Shown one piece after another: positions 48,993 through 59,056 of a stretch of 64,000 nt of DNA (position 1 is its first letter; every line of letters starts with the position of its first letter). This stretch comes from Cenarchaeum sp. GTDB lineage: Archaea > Thermoproteota > Nitrososphaeria > Nitrososphaerales > Nitrosopumilaceae. The stretch spans positions 1,912,241 through 1,976,240 of the forward strand of contig OY843768.1 of the NCBI GenBank assembly GCA_963693095.2. The letters run 5' to 3'. Under the pieces are notes generated by a model, which had not been told where the DNA came from, made no database searches, and saw nothing but the letters and a program-made list of their open reading frames with translations. The position numbers and the translations under genes were made by a program.

Positions 48993-51650
48993 CTATGTTT
49001 TGGGAACCGGGATTTTAGGCTCTAGTGAGACGGCTTTGGCATATGCAGCCAGCGCATCCTCATGGCGGTCAAGCTTGTCTAGCGCATAGCCCCGCCCAAG
49101 ATGTGTGGCGGCGTCATTGGAGTCAAGCCTCAGAGCCATCTCGTACGCCTCAAGCGCCTCGGTGTGGCGGCCAAGGCCGAACAGCGCAGTTCCCCTGTTC
49201 TTGTGCGCAGACGGCTCATCAGTATCCAGGCTAACAGCGTAATCGCATGATGCCAGGGCTTCCCGGTAGCGACTCAGGTAGATTAGAGCTACCCCTCGGT
49301 TCTTGTGTGATGTGGGGTCAGCAGAATCCAGCATGATTGCATAATCTAGGGAATCAAGCGCCTCGGCAAAGCGCCCCAGGGAGATCAGAACCGTTCCCTT
49401 GCCAAGACGCGCAACGGAAGAATCGGGCTCTATTGAGACTGTACTATCAAAGGCCTCGAGCGCCTCGGCGTGGCGGCCGAGCTTGTGTAGTGCATACCCT
49501 TTGCTTTGATGGCCAAGCTCACTTTTGGGATCTAGCTCTATCGCACGGTCAAATGCCGCGAGCGCCTCGTCGTGGCGGCCAAGCAAGTCAAGGGCGGCGC
49601 CACGACCCGCGTGGACAATGGCCAGACCAGAGTCAAGGCCGTTCGCCACGTCAAAGGCTGCGACGGCACCATCGTGATCGCCGGCAGAGCACAGCGCACG
49701 GCCACGATTCGCGTGAATGCGGGCATCATTTGGGTCTAGCTCTATCGCACGGTCAAATGCCGCGAGCGCCTCGTCGTGGCGGCCAAGCGAGTCAAGGGCG
49801 GCGCCACGGCCTGCATGGGCCACGACCAGACTCGGTGCAATGCTGATCGCCGTATCGAAAGAGACAAGGGCATCGGCGTGGCGTCCGAGTGCGGACAGCG
49901 TGACGGCCTTGTTATGGTGCGGCGAGGGATTTTGCGGTTGCAGGCCGATCGCCACGTCAAAGGCTGCGATGGCATCATCACAGTGTCCCATATCACGAAG
50001 TGCAACTCCGGTGTTAAAGTGTATTATGGGCTTGTCAGGCATTAGAGAATTCGCTTTTGTGTATGCCGCTAGCGCCTCGGCGAGGCGGCCGAGGTTGTGG
50101 AGGGCAAGGCCACGGTCACTGTGGGCATTTGCGTTATCCGGCTCTAGGGCGATCGCCCGATCTAGCGCCTCTAGGGCCTCGGCGTGGCGACCAAATTCTG
50201 CAAGCAACAGGGCACGGTTCATGTGCACTTGGATATTTGGATCTAGCAATGCAGCGCGATCGAGGGACTGAAGGGCCTCGGCGTGGCGACCAAGGGCACG
50301 CAGTATGCTGCTGTGGCTCATATGCATACCATAATCATCTAGGCCGAGATTTGCGGCGCGCTCGATGGACTCGAGCGCCTCGGCGTGACGACCAAAACCA
50401 AACAGGGCATTGGCTATGTCAAAGTGAATTTTAGCATTGTCTGGGGTCAGTTCGGCAGCGCGCTTGAGGGACTCGAGCGCCTCGGCGTGGCGACCAAGAT
50501 GTCCCAATGTGTACGATCTGTTGACGTGTGCGCCGGTCATGTTAGGATCTAGCGCAAGTGCATAGTCAAGCGAAGTTAGTGCATCAGAATGACGTCCAAG
50601 ATGTGTCTGAGAGATACTCTTGCCAAAATGCAACTTTGGTGAGCGTGAATCAAGCGCGATCGCCCTATCAAAGGACTCGATCGCCTCGTCGTGACGGTCA
50701 AGCATTCCCAGTGAAGCCGCCATGTTTGTGTGTAGGTTGACGTCATTGATCCCCATCGCCAAGGCGCTCCTCAATGCGTCTAGGGCGTCTGCGTGTCTGT
50801 TGAGGACAAGCAGGCATGCCGCACGCTGCCTGAACGCCTCGGCGTCACCGGAATCAATCTCCGTGACGCGGCCAAACGAAGCTGCGGCCTCTTTGTGGCG
50901 ACCAATATCGACCAGTGTCAAGCCCTTGTCAAAATGCGTTGTTGCGTCATGTGGATTAAGGGCAAGCGCACGATCAAGATCTAGTAGCGCCGCCTGTGAA
51001 GACCCAAGTTGATGATTTGCTAGGGATCGCATCTTGTAAGAGCGGGGATTTTTTGAGTCAAGCGATATTGCGCGATCTAGGGATACAACTGCCTTGTGGA
51101 ATTGGTTAAGGTTGTACATGATAAATCCAATGTTTATGTGTGGCGCAGCATCTTTAGGATCAAGTGTAGCAGCACGGTTGAACGATGCAATTGCGTCATT
51201 GTGTCTGCCTAGGGCAACTAGCGCGCTTGCGCGATTTGTGTGCGCGTCAGTGCGTTCTGGCGCGAACGAGATCGCCTGATCAGCGGAATTGAGAGCTTTG
51301 TCGTATTGGCCCAGGGCAATTAGCGCAGTTGCGTGGCTTATGAGCGCATCAGCAGATCGCGGCGCAAGCGAGATGGCCCTGCTAGACGCTGCCAAAGCTT
51401 CACTATGGCGACCAATCTTTGAGAGAATGGCACTCTTGGCAGAGTGAACGCAGGCGTCATTCGGATACAGGGTCAGTGCCTGTTCAATTACGGCAAGCGC
51501 GCCATCATAGTCTTGTTTGTCGCACAGGTGGCGACTCTCCTTAATCTGTGGCTCGGCCTTGCTGCGGCCTGATGTGGAGGCGAGAATTAACGCAAGGGCT
51601 ACGACGATTCCGCCCAACACCAACAGTTCCAGTTTGCTCATACGAGCCAT
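48993..51650 (-). CDS. Large membrane-anchored TPR protein
   Basis: N-terminal TM/signal LLVLGGIVVALALILA; >20 TPR units, some recently duplicated. Confidence 0.93.
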   Translation of the reverse strand: MARMSKLELLVLGGIVVALALILASTSGRSKAEPQIKESRHLCDKQDYDGALAVIEQALTLYPNDACVHSAKSAILSKIGRHSEALAASSRAISLAPRSADALISHATALIALGQYDKALNSADQAISFAPERTDAHTNRASALVALGRHNDAIASFNRAATLDPKDAAPHINIGFIMYNLNQFHKAVVSLDRAISLDSKNPRSYKMRSLANHQLGSSQAALLDLDRALALNPHDATTHFDKGLTLVDIGRHKEAAASFGRVTEIDSGDAEAFRQRAACLLVLNRHADALDALRSALAMGINDVNLHTNMAASLGMLDRHDEAIESFDRAIALDSRSPKLHFGKSISQTHLGRHSDALTSLDYALALDPNMTGAHVNRSYTLGHLGRHAEALESLKRAAELTPDNAKIHFDIANALFGFGRHAEALESIERAANLGLDDYGMHMSHSSILRALGRHAEALQSLDRAALLDPNIQVHMNRALLLAEFGRHAEALEALDRAIALEPDNANAHSDRGLALHNLGRLAEALAAYTKANSLMPDKPIIHFNTGVALRDMGHCDDAIAAFDVAIGLQPQNPSPHHNKAVTLSALGRHADALVSFDTAISIAPSLVVAHAGRGAALDSLGRHDEALAAFDRAIELDPNDARIHANRGRALCSAGDHDGAVAAFDVANGLDSGLAIVHAGRGAALDLLGRHDEALAAFDRAIELDPKSELGHQSKGYALHKLGRHAEALEAFDSTVSIEPDSSVARLGKGTVLISLGRFAEALDSLDYAIMLDSADPTSHKNRGVALIYLSRYREALASCDYAVSLDTDEPSAHKNRGTALFGLGRHTEALEAYEMALRLDSNDAATHLGRGYALDKLDRHEDALAAYAKAVSLEPKIPVPKT

Positions 51651-51855
51651 AAACCATGGTGCCCAATTTAAAGATCACCAGGGGCGTAGCTCCAAAATGC
51701 CCATAATTTGCCCATTCAGGCAGGCCTGTGGAAAGCTAGCAAGCCCGTAGCTCAAGACCAGGGAAGTTGACCTGGGTCAATGCACAGGTATGAGCAAAAG
51801 CTAATTATATACTCTAGATATATATGCAAACTAGATTGTGCGGGGAGACTAGAAC

Positions 51856-53058
51856 GTGACAGAAAAGAAAGATGGAGCAGAGGACACACTTGATGCTGAA
51901 AGTACAATCCGGATGCACTATTTGAGAGACAAGATTAGAGACGGGTATTATGTGAATCAGCATATTCCTCTCAGCGTATCGCCGGATGAGATTTCGAGAG
52001 CAGAGATCATCCACGCGTCGCCCGAATCTACGCAAAAATTAATGGTGTGGATGAGATACCTCATACTAGAACTATGGCAGACACGATTGCTTGATGACAA
52101 CATGGATGAAATCATAAAAAAGTTTGATTTAAAAGAACACCATAAACTTTGTGAAATATTAGAACAAGATGATGACGTTAAAGATTTTGTGCAAAGAATG
52201 AGGCAGAGGTTCAGTACTCACGCAAGCTTTACATTAGAAAAAGCAGTGGAAGAGATAGAATCACTCGGATTTAGAAAACTATGGAAGTACGTGCTATTGA
52301 TAATATTATTCAAGGACGCCATAAGAACAGTTTGTTACAAGCCGTGTGATATAAATCTGGAAGAATTAAACACGGGGAAATATATTGTGCCACCAGATGA
52401 AATAATAACCGAGACAAAAAGACAAAAATTAAAATTGTTTTATGACAAGATGAGTTTTGATATTGAATTAGAAAAATATGACAAAGCTCGAATAATGCGA
52501 GACTGTGCAATATGTCTAAACATAATGAGAGACGACTTAATGATTGCGACAAAGCTTTACAGGTGTTATGGTACAGAAGAAACTTTGGTATTGTATGTAA
52601 ATGCAATATATAATATGAAATATATGATTTTAGAGTTACATGAATTTATTAAACATTGTGACGAACTCAAAATTTCATCTAGTCTAGGATTTATGAAGCG
52701 AAGGAAAAAATATAAAAAAATTCGAGGTCAGTATTCAGCCCATCGCGATAAGGACGAACGAATAACGAGTATCATGCAGTTGTTTGAGGATCCTGATCGT
52801 TGGTCTAATGTGGTACAAGATGTGGAAGAAGCGACTTTACTTTCGAAAAAACTGTTTCCCAATATGAAAATTAATTCTAAACTCCGATTGCCAACAAAAT
52901 CACAAATTGTTGAAATTAAACAAGAGATTGAGGATGTACGACTAGCCTGTCATAAACAATATGATGGCAAGTTTATAGATAGCGAGTACGACAAAAAATG
53001 CCAAAAAATCCGTAGGCAGGTTGGCAAGGCATTGAACCTAAACTACCAAAAACAATAG
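51856..53058 (+). CDS. Putative tandem-HEPN protein (AT-rich)
   Basis: MRYLILEL...MRQRFSTH and MKYMILEL...IRGQYSAH internal duplication. Confidence 0.6.
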   Translation: MTEKKDGAEDTLDAESTIRMHYLRDKIRDGYYVNQHIPLSVSPDEISRAEIIHASPESTQKLMVWMRYLILELWQTRLLDDNMDEIIKKFDLKEHHKLCEILEQDDDVKDFVQRMRQRFSTHASFTLEKAVEEIESLGFRKLWKYVLLIILFKDAIRTVCYKPCDINLEELNTGKYIVPPDEIITETKRQKLKLFYDKMSFDIELEKYDKARIMRDCAICLNIMRDDLMIATKLYRCYGTEETLVLYVNAIYNMKYMILELHEFIKHCDELKISSSLGFMKRRKKYKKIRGQYSAHRDKDERITSIMQLFEDPDRWSNVVQDVEEATLLSKKLFPNMKINSKLRLPTKSQIVEIKQEIEDVRLACHKQYDGKFIDSEYDKKCQKIRRQVGKALNLNYQKQ

Positions 53059-53438
53059 CTCATGCTGTGATCAGATTTGTCCAACATTCTAGTCACGTAG
53101 ATTAATCCATTTGACGAATGGTGTATACGAGAGGGGGTTGGTTTAGGGAGGCAAATCGTGGTAAAACTGACAACCGGTAAGGGCTCACGAACACAAAATC
53201 AGAAACGGCAGTACGTAGAATATGCAAAGATTGGTGGTCGGAGTCTTGCCTACGCGGCCATCTCTAGCTCTTTTACGTCAAATCCCTCGACGAGGCGCCA
53301 TTCCTGTCCTTCCGGCATAGTCGACTCAAAGACCATCTCGATACGCTCGATTACGCCAATCCTCTCGGCTGCGGCGATCGCGTCCCATGCCTCTTCCCTG
53401 GTGAGCTTTCCTACGAGGCGCGTCATGAGCTCAGCCGA

Positions 53439-53696
53439 TTGCAGTGGGTCATAGATCTCCAGCCCCCCGTTGTCCTCAACGCGACTGTCGAGTCGCTGCT
53501 CAACGCAAGGCAGGGCTGGTGGACGTCAATGTCTGCCCACGAGCGCGCCGACTGGTACGGCCGAGTCAACGAGGCGTACCAGATGGCGACGCGGCTTGGG
53601 GACTCTGAGGCGCAGGGCCGCCTGGACGGCCTGGTCGGCGACCTCGAGGGTGACAAGTACGAGTATGGCGGCTCGTGGAGACAGGGAAACGCCTAG
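53439..53696 (+). CDS. Small hypothetical protein or fragment
   Basis: Protein-like composition only. Confidence 0.3.
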   Translation: MQWVIDLQPPVVLNATVESLLNARQGWWTSMSAHERADWYGRVNEAYQMATRLGDSEAQGRLDGLVGDLEGDKYEYGGSWRQGNA

Positions 53697-54009
53697 AAAC
53701 CGCCATCGCCCTGGGGCGCCTAGTGGGCCGTTCTGCCATGTGTGGGCCTCTGCCCTTGTGCGTGCTGGTGCGATCTCTGCGCCCTGGTTCCTTGATGGGG
53801 CGTTGGACCGTGTGGCGCTCGATGCGCGGGTGTGCTGTCTTGCGTGATTTGACCCCCTGGCAGGTCTTTGTGCGATTGTGCCCGCCTATCGCACGCTTGA
53901 TGAGCTAGTGTGCATGCTGTGGCTTGTGTCACTAGAAAACACGAAAACCGGCAACACCGCCCACTATGATAGATGGAAAGGGGACGTGTGCCACAAAAAA
54001 CCCGTGCCA

Positions 54010-54526
54010 GTCCCCCCTTGAGATGCGCCTCTACCCGCACTTTTGCAGCATCGAACAGTGTGTCGAGCTGGAACCTCCCATTGACGAATCCTAAATTCGC
54101 CGATCTCAAGGTGCGCGACATCTATATCGAGGCATACTCTCCACGTGACGTCTTGCCGATTGTATCAGGACACATGTCCGCCTATGCACTTTTATGATGA
54201 TTTGATCACTAGGATTTTCTGCCAAGGGTCAGGTGGAATGCTTTGGGGGGCGCAAATCCCTGTTGGCTGTGAAAGATCCGCGCAATTACGCCAAAGATGG
54301 GACATTTCAGGAAAAATTGGCCAAAGAGATTGTTCATTACCCACAGCTTGGGGGCGTGCTCTTGGTTCGGGGCAGTGGCTCGTGCTGTGTGATATATCTT
54401 GTGAGAAACCCAAACGCAGAGTGCCCCATTTCGTGCCTTGATGAGATGCTGCTAGAGTGTGCCCTAGAAGGGTCATATGTGCCTCTTGAGCTTGCTGTTA
54501 CAAATCCACTCTGTCTGCGCCTCTGA
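54010..54526 (+). pseudogene. Frameshifted C-terminal copy of the 39457/15750 nuclease family
   Basis: EMRLY, KFADLKVRDIYIEAYSPR, FYDDLI, FGGRKSLL..DP.NY, PQLGGV spread over different frames. Confidence 0.8.
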
Positions 54527-54891
54527 GAGTTTCCTGGCTTTACGTCTGCGTGCCGCTCTAGCGTTTTATGGTGCATGTGCTGCAGAATCCAGATTCGGTC
54601 CCTGCCTGTGCGTTTGTGTCATGCCATTCTGACATGCCTTGAGCGGTCCGGGAGCCGCGCTTGCGCGTCCCGGCGTGGGTGGTCACGGGGGTCTCCGGGC
54701 TCTGCCTCTGCTCTCCCCTGTGCGCTTGATGCGATGGACTTGCGCGGTTCACGCAGAGTCCCCTGCCGCCACGGGACTCCGGGGAACCCTTTCCTGCCCC
54801 TGGGCAGTGCGCCTGCGAGGCCGTCGCGCCTGGTGTATCCGGGATATCGTCTGCCCTTGGGTGGTGCCCCCATGAGTCCCTGCGCTGCACT

Positions 54892-55086
54892 GGCGCGTTC
54901 CATGTCCTGCTTGCTCTTGTGCTGCCGTGAGTCTTGGCAGTGTGATCCTGTGAGTCTTTGGGCGAGCTCTCTCCCGGTGCGCATGTCGTGTGGTCATGTG
55001 CGTGTATGTCTGGATTTTTTTGGTTGTTTTGGGGGATTGGTGGCTTTTTGCGGGGTTTTTTCTCGCCCCTTGTGTGCGTGAATGTA
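54892..55086. repeat. ~200-bp direct repeat, copy 1 (copy 2 at 58789..59004, partial at ~57155..57240)
   Basis: Near-identical GGCGCGTTCCATGTCCTGC...TGTGTGCGTGAATGTA. Confidence 0.9.
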
Positions 55087-55356
55087 GTATGAGGTCAGCG
55101 CCTGGACTGCGCGCATGATCTCCTAGGCCACGCCCTTCCATGTGAGGAAGCACGTCAGGAGGGTTGACATGCGCCTGGCCGAGGCGTCGCACTATCACGT
55201 GCCGCAGCGTCCTCCCGGCGGCGTTGTTCGTGGGCGCGACGTCGGCATGCTCGCAGAACGCGAACATCCTGGGCGCGGCGCGGCGGAACCTGGCCACGGC
55301 GCGCGCCAGCTCCCAGCCCGTGGATCCCCGCGGTTGACGGGGCGCTGATCTCATAC
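55087..55356 (-). mobile_element. Non-autonomous IS66 derivative (270 bp)
   Basis: TIRs GTATGAGGTCAGCGCC / GGCGCTGATCTCATAC; VAPTNNAAGRTLRHVIVRR. Confidence 0.85.
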
Positions 55357-55407
55357 GACTGCGTTGCGTGTTATATTAAATATGGGAGATCTCGAAGGGT
55401 TCACTGT

Positions 55408-56985
55408 ATGAACAGCAATGAGGGGTGCCGACGGTTGGGATCGTACAGGGTAAACTGTGACAATCCCCGTGGCGCTAAATTAGAACTTGTCGACGACGGT
55501 TCTGAGCCCAATCCCGTGATTGTCGAGATAGGGAACGGCTGCTTCAGGAACGCTGGTCTGGACGCCGGCGCCGGAACCATGGTGATAGATCATGTAGATG
55601 CTATGGAGGCGCCCCAGGGCCAGGAATACGCTGCCATGCTCAAAGTAGCCGTGCCTTGGGGCATGCTCGACGTGAGTGGCGGCTCCTTTACGGTGTCGGC
55701 GCATATCGGGGATAATGACGTGGCCACCAAGCTCGCGGTGGACGAAGATGAGGTCGGCCGCACCCTCGCCATAAAGCTTCTTCAGAAGGGAGGCGGAATC
55801 CAGGTGGACATACAGGGGCCGTGGAGCTGGTGCGCAGAGTCGCGTGATCCCCCCGGCGACAGTCCTCCAGTCCCGGGTGATCCCCCCGGCGACAGTCCTC
55901 CAGTCCCGGGTGATCCCCCCGGCGACAGTCCTCCAGTCCCGGGTGATCCCCCCGGCGACAGTCCTCCAGTCCCGGGTGATCCCCCCGGCGACAGTCCTCC
56001 AGGCACGCGTGATCCCCCCGGCGACAGTCCTCCAGGCACGCGTGATCCCCCCGGCGACAGTCCTCCAGGCACGCGTGATCCCCCCGGCGACAGTCCTCCA
56101 GTCCCGGGTGATCCCCCCGGCGACAGTCCTCCAGTCCCGGGTGATCCCCCCGGCGACAGTCCTCCAGTCCCGGGTGATCCCCCCGGCGACAGTCCTCCAG
56201 GCACGCGTGATCCCCCCGGCGACAGTCCTCCAGGCACGCGTGATCCCCCCGGCGACAGTCCTCCAGTCCCGGGTGATCCCCACGGCGACAGTCCTCCAGG
56301 CACGCGTGATCCCCCCGGCGACAGTCCTCCAGTCCCGGGTGATCCCCCCGGCGACAGTCCTCCAGTCCCGGGTGATCCCCCCGGCGACAGTCCTCCAGTC
56401 CCGGGTGATCCCCCCGGCGACAGTCCTCCAGGCACGCGTGATCCCCCACCTCCCCCACCACCCGTTGTGCGGATTGATGTGCCGCCCTGCTACGGGAAGA
56501 TTGAGATCCCCGGCAGACTCAAGGGTATGTCGTGCACGATCAAAGGTGGCTGCGTCACCAGCATTAAGCCTGTGAACCACCGCGTAATAATCACGCTAGA
56601 CAAAACATCTCCTAAACCCGGCCACATATACTTGGATCGGGGCATTCTCAATGTGGGCTTTCCCAGGCGCGTGTTTGATTCTCGGCGTTCGGACGTAGAT
56701 GTTCCATTTTCGGTCTTTAACGGCGATACCCCGGTTTACCTTATCGATAGCGGTGATCCGGCCGGCTCGAACCGGTTCCTTGAAGACAACGGACCATCTT
56801 TTCGAAAGTTGAAAATAGGATTTGCTCAGAGCAAACGGCCCATTACTATTACAATAACAGGGACGCACCTGAAACCACCGCCCGTCATCCGCCCCCACAC
56901 CCCCATTACTAGGGCGGGAACCTCTATGACTGCAGGACGATCCACCACACCACAACCAAGGCGTCTCACTCTCTGCTCCGAATAG
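55408..56985 (+). CDS. Two PEFG-CTERM-protein-like beta domains joined by a Pro-rich VNTR linker
   Basis: TIKGGCVTSI...FPRRVFDS...FSV...RKLKIGF...ITITGT resembles thaumarchaeal surface-protein domains; no signal peptide or PEFG anchor seen. Confidence 0.65.
   Translation: MNSNEGCRRLGSYRVNCDNPRGAKLELVDDGSEPNPVIVEIGNGCFRNAGLDAGAGTMVIDHVDAMEAPQGQEYAAMLKVAVPWGMLDVSGGSFTVSAHIGDNDVATKLAVDEDEVGRTLAIKLLQKGGGIQVDIQGPWSWCAESRDPPGDSPPVPGDPPGDSPPVPGDPPGDSPPVPGDPPGDSPPVPGDPPGDSPPGTRDPPGDSPPGTRDPPGDSPPGTRDPPGDSPPVPGDPPGDSPPVPGDPPGDSPPVPGDPPGDSPPGTRDPPGDSPPGTRDPPGDSPPVPGDPHGDSPPGTRDPPGDSPPVPGDPPGDSPPVPGDPPGDSPPVPGDPPGDSPPGTRDPPPPPPPVVRIDVPPCYGKIEIPGRLKGMSCTIKGGCVTSIKPVNHRVIITLDKTSPKPGHIYLDRGILNVGFPRRVFDSRRSDVDVPFSVFNGDTPVYLIDSGDPAGSNRFLEDNGPSFRKLKIGFAQSKRPITITITGTHLKPPPVIRPHTPITRAGTSMTAGRSTTPQPRRLTLCSE
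55846..56439 (+). repeat. 33-bp tandem repeat x18, two variants (DPPGDSPPVPG / DPPGDSPPGTR)
   Basis: Direct count; order AAAABBBAAABBABAAAB. Confidence 0.97.
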
Positions 56986-57263
56986 CTTAAGCCACCCCAC
57001 CCCAAACCACCAAGCCTATAGAATTGGATAAATGGTGTGGGTTGGCGCAAGATCCTGCCAGAGCCCAGCGCTGTTTTCAGCCGAGTGTTAGGTCGGCGCC
57101 TATAGATGGTAACGGGGACATCAACCGTATGAGGCCAGCACCCCCGCTCTCTGGCGCGCATGTCGTGCGGCCATGTGTGTGTATGCTTGGATTTTTTTTG
57201 GCTGTTTTTGGGTCGATTGGAGGCTTTTTGTGGGTTGGTGTGCTGACCCCATACGGCTAGGTC

Positions 57264-58331
57264 TTGGCGAGTGCTCATGGCCCTGGCTATGCCCCGATAT
57301 ACGTGCGTGCGCTCTTGAAATCCGCTGGCCTGACCGGCCTTCCTGTCAGGCACACACTCGTCTATATACAGCCCATAATTTTTAAAGCGCCACAATGGGC
57401 GCTTCCTGAGATGGCAAAATCAGCAGAATTCAATGCAGCGTTTCGAAATTTTCACAATCGTGTAAGGGACAACTATTTTCCAGATGCCCACACAAACTAT
57501 CCTATCAATATGTCTATAACATTACATAGAAATGCGGTTCAGCGCGATTATATGAGCTTTTATAATTATTGCAGCTCGATTTTCTTTTCCAATATTGCCT
57601 ATGAGTCGCTTGGACGTGCAATTTCCAACACACTGTACAATAACCGAGCAATCGAACAACGTCCAAAAATCTATTCTGATGATCTAATTGCCTTGTACAA
57701 TGAACGTCGCGGGCAGAAACTTGGCCATAAACCTAAATTAGATTTTTGCCAACATTACCTGTTAGGGATGAAATTCTTACCCAACTTCCCAAACGAAAAA
57801 AACAGCCTTGAGTTAATCCCTAACACACAACTGTTCAAACTTTTGCCGTATATGGACAAACTTAAGGAGCTCATACTGTATGTAAATTACTGGACTCTGC
57901 GCTCCCAAAAAACACCTGTTTGGATAGGTTCATTTTTATCACTAGATGACCTCGATGCGCTCTCAACATGCCTTTGTGGAAATTTATATTTTTATATTTA
58001 TTGGAAGAATAGGGGTCACGCTGCAGCTCATCGTGACAGTGACCGACGATCTTATGAATCCGCAACAGATGATGATATATGGGATGAATTTCTAGATGAG
58101 ATTGGCGCACAACACAAACAACCCATACAACATCACGTGTCGGTAATTGACGAGTTTGTTGACGATCTGATAATCGTGATCAAGGCCTTGCCTTCTAAAT
58201 CACGGGTTGATGAGAATGTCGCAATGTCATCCTATGAACGATTGACTAAACGCCGTGATCTCTCTGAAGGTTTGGGGCTAGATGATTACTCCTATGAGAC
58301 ATTTACACGCATAAATCCTAATATGCGATAA
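57264..58331 (+). CDS. Hypothetical protein, possible HEPN (true start probably ~57411)
   Basis: AT-rich ORF, helical, RGHAAAH motif. Confidence 0.55.
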   Translation: MASAHGPGYAPIYVRALLKSAGLTGLPVRHTLVYIQPIIFKAPQWALPEMAKSAEFNAAFRNFHNRVRDNYFPDAHTNYPINMSITLHRNAVQRDYMSFYNYCSSIFFSNIAYESLGRAISNTLYNNRAIEQRPKIYSDDLIALYNERRGQKLGHKPKLDFCQHYLLGMKFLPNFPNEKNSLELIPNTQLFKLLPYMDKLKELILYVNYWTLRSQKTPVWIGSFLSLDDLDALSTCLCGNLYFYIYWKNRGHAAAHRDSDRRSYESATDDDIWDEFLDEIGAQHKQPIQHHVSVIDEFVDDLIIVIKALPSKSRVDENVAMSSYERLTKRRDLSEGLGLDDYSYETFTRINPNMR

Positions 58332-58788
58332 AGTGTCAATGTCAGCATCGGCCGGCTCGTCTTTTACCTGGCGACCGGCGCTGACAGCTAGTATGACTAG
58401 GCTTATGGCCACATTGCCTCGCTACTAGGGTTTTGCCTGCCTGGCCAATCGCATCCCACAAGACCGGATGTGTCGATTTGTGATCACCGCCCCCAATGAC
58501 TGCGGCGTCTTGGGCCTGTTCTGTCCCTAACTGGCCGAGGGGGTCATGCCCACGCTGCGCGGAACGCTCTGCTGCGCCTGATGCGGCTCTTGCGTGTTGA
58601 CTCTATGGACATGCGACGACTACGCCTCTGGCGTGGAATCTTGTCGCCACGGGGACTCCCCAGGGCGGTACTGCCGCCCGCGCATGCATGACCTCTGGTC
58701 AGCGCGTATGCGAGGCCTTTGCGTCTGGTGGATCCTGGAGATCGTCTGCCCGTTGGGTGGTGCGCCCATGCAGCCCCTGCGCGCAGCC

Positions 58789-59004
58789 GGCGCGTTCCAT
58801 GTCCTGCTTGCCCTTGTGCTGCCGTGAGTCTTGGCGGTGTGATCCTGTGAGTCTTTGGGCGAGCTCTCTCCTGGTGCGCATGTCGTGTGGTCATGTGCGT
58901 GTATGTCTGGATTTTTTTGGTTGTTTTGGGGGATTGGTGGCTTTTTTTTGGGTTGATGTGGCCTTTTGCGGGGTTTTTTCTCGCCCCCTGTGTGCGTGAA
59001 TGTA
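58789..59004. repeat. ~200-bp direct repeat, copy 2, abutting the S-layer promoter
   Basis: See 54892..55086. Confidence 0.9.
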
Positions 59005-59014
59005 CGAGTTGTCC

Positions 59015-59032
59015 ATTATAGTTATATACTCA
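59015..59032 (+). promoter_or_regulatory. Putative TATA box of S-layer gene
   Basis: ATTATAGTTATATACT ~30-40 nt upstream of ATG 59057. Confidence 0.55.
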
Positions 59033-59056
59033 TCTTGGCGACGTTTCTCTCGTAGA

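Noticed and set aside
55846-56439. 33-bp repeats as a CRISPR array
   Set aside because: Contiguous, no unique spacers, in-frame coding, no cas genes seen
55480-56580. Repeat ORFs in other frames (GGITRDWRTVA, LEDCRRGDH, VIPPATVLQ)
   Set aside because: The stop-free 33-bp unit opens several frames; only 55408..56985 has sensible flanking domains and a TATA box
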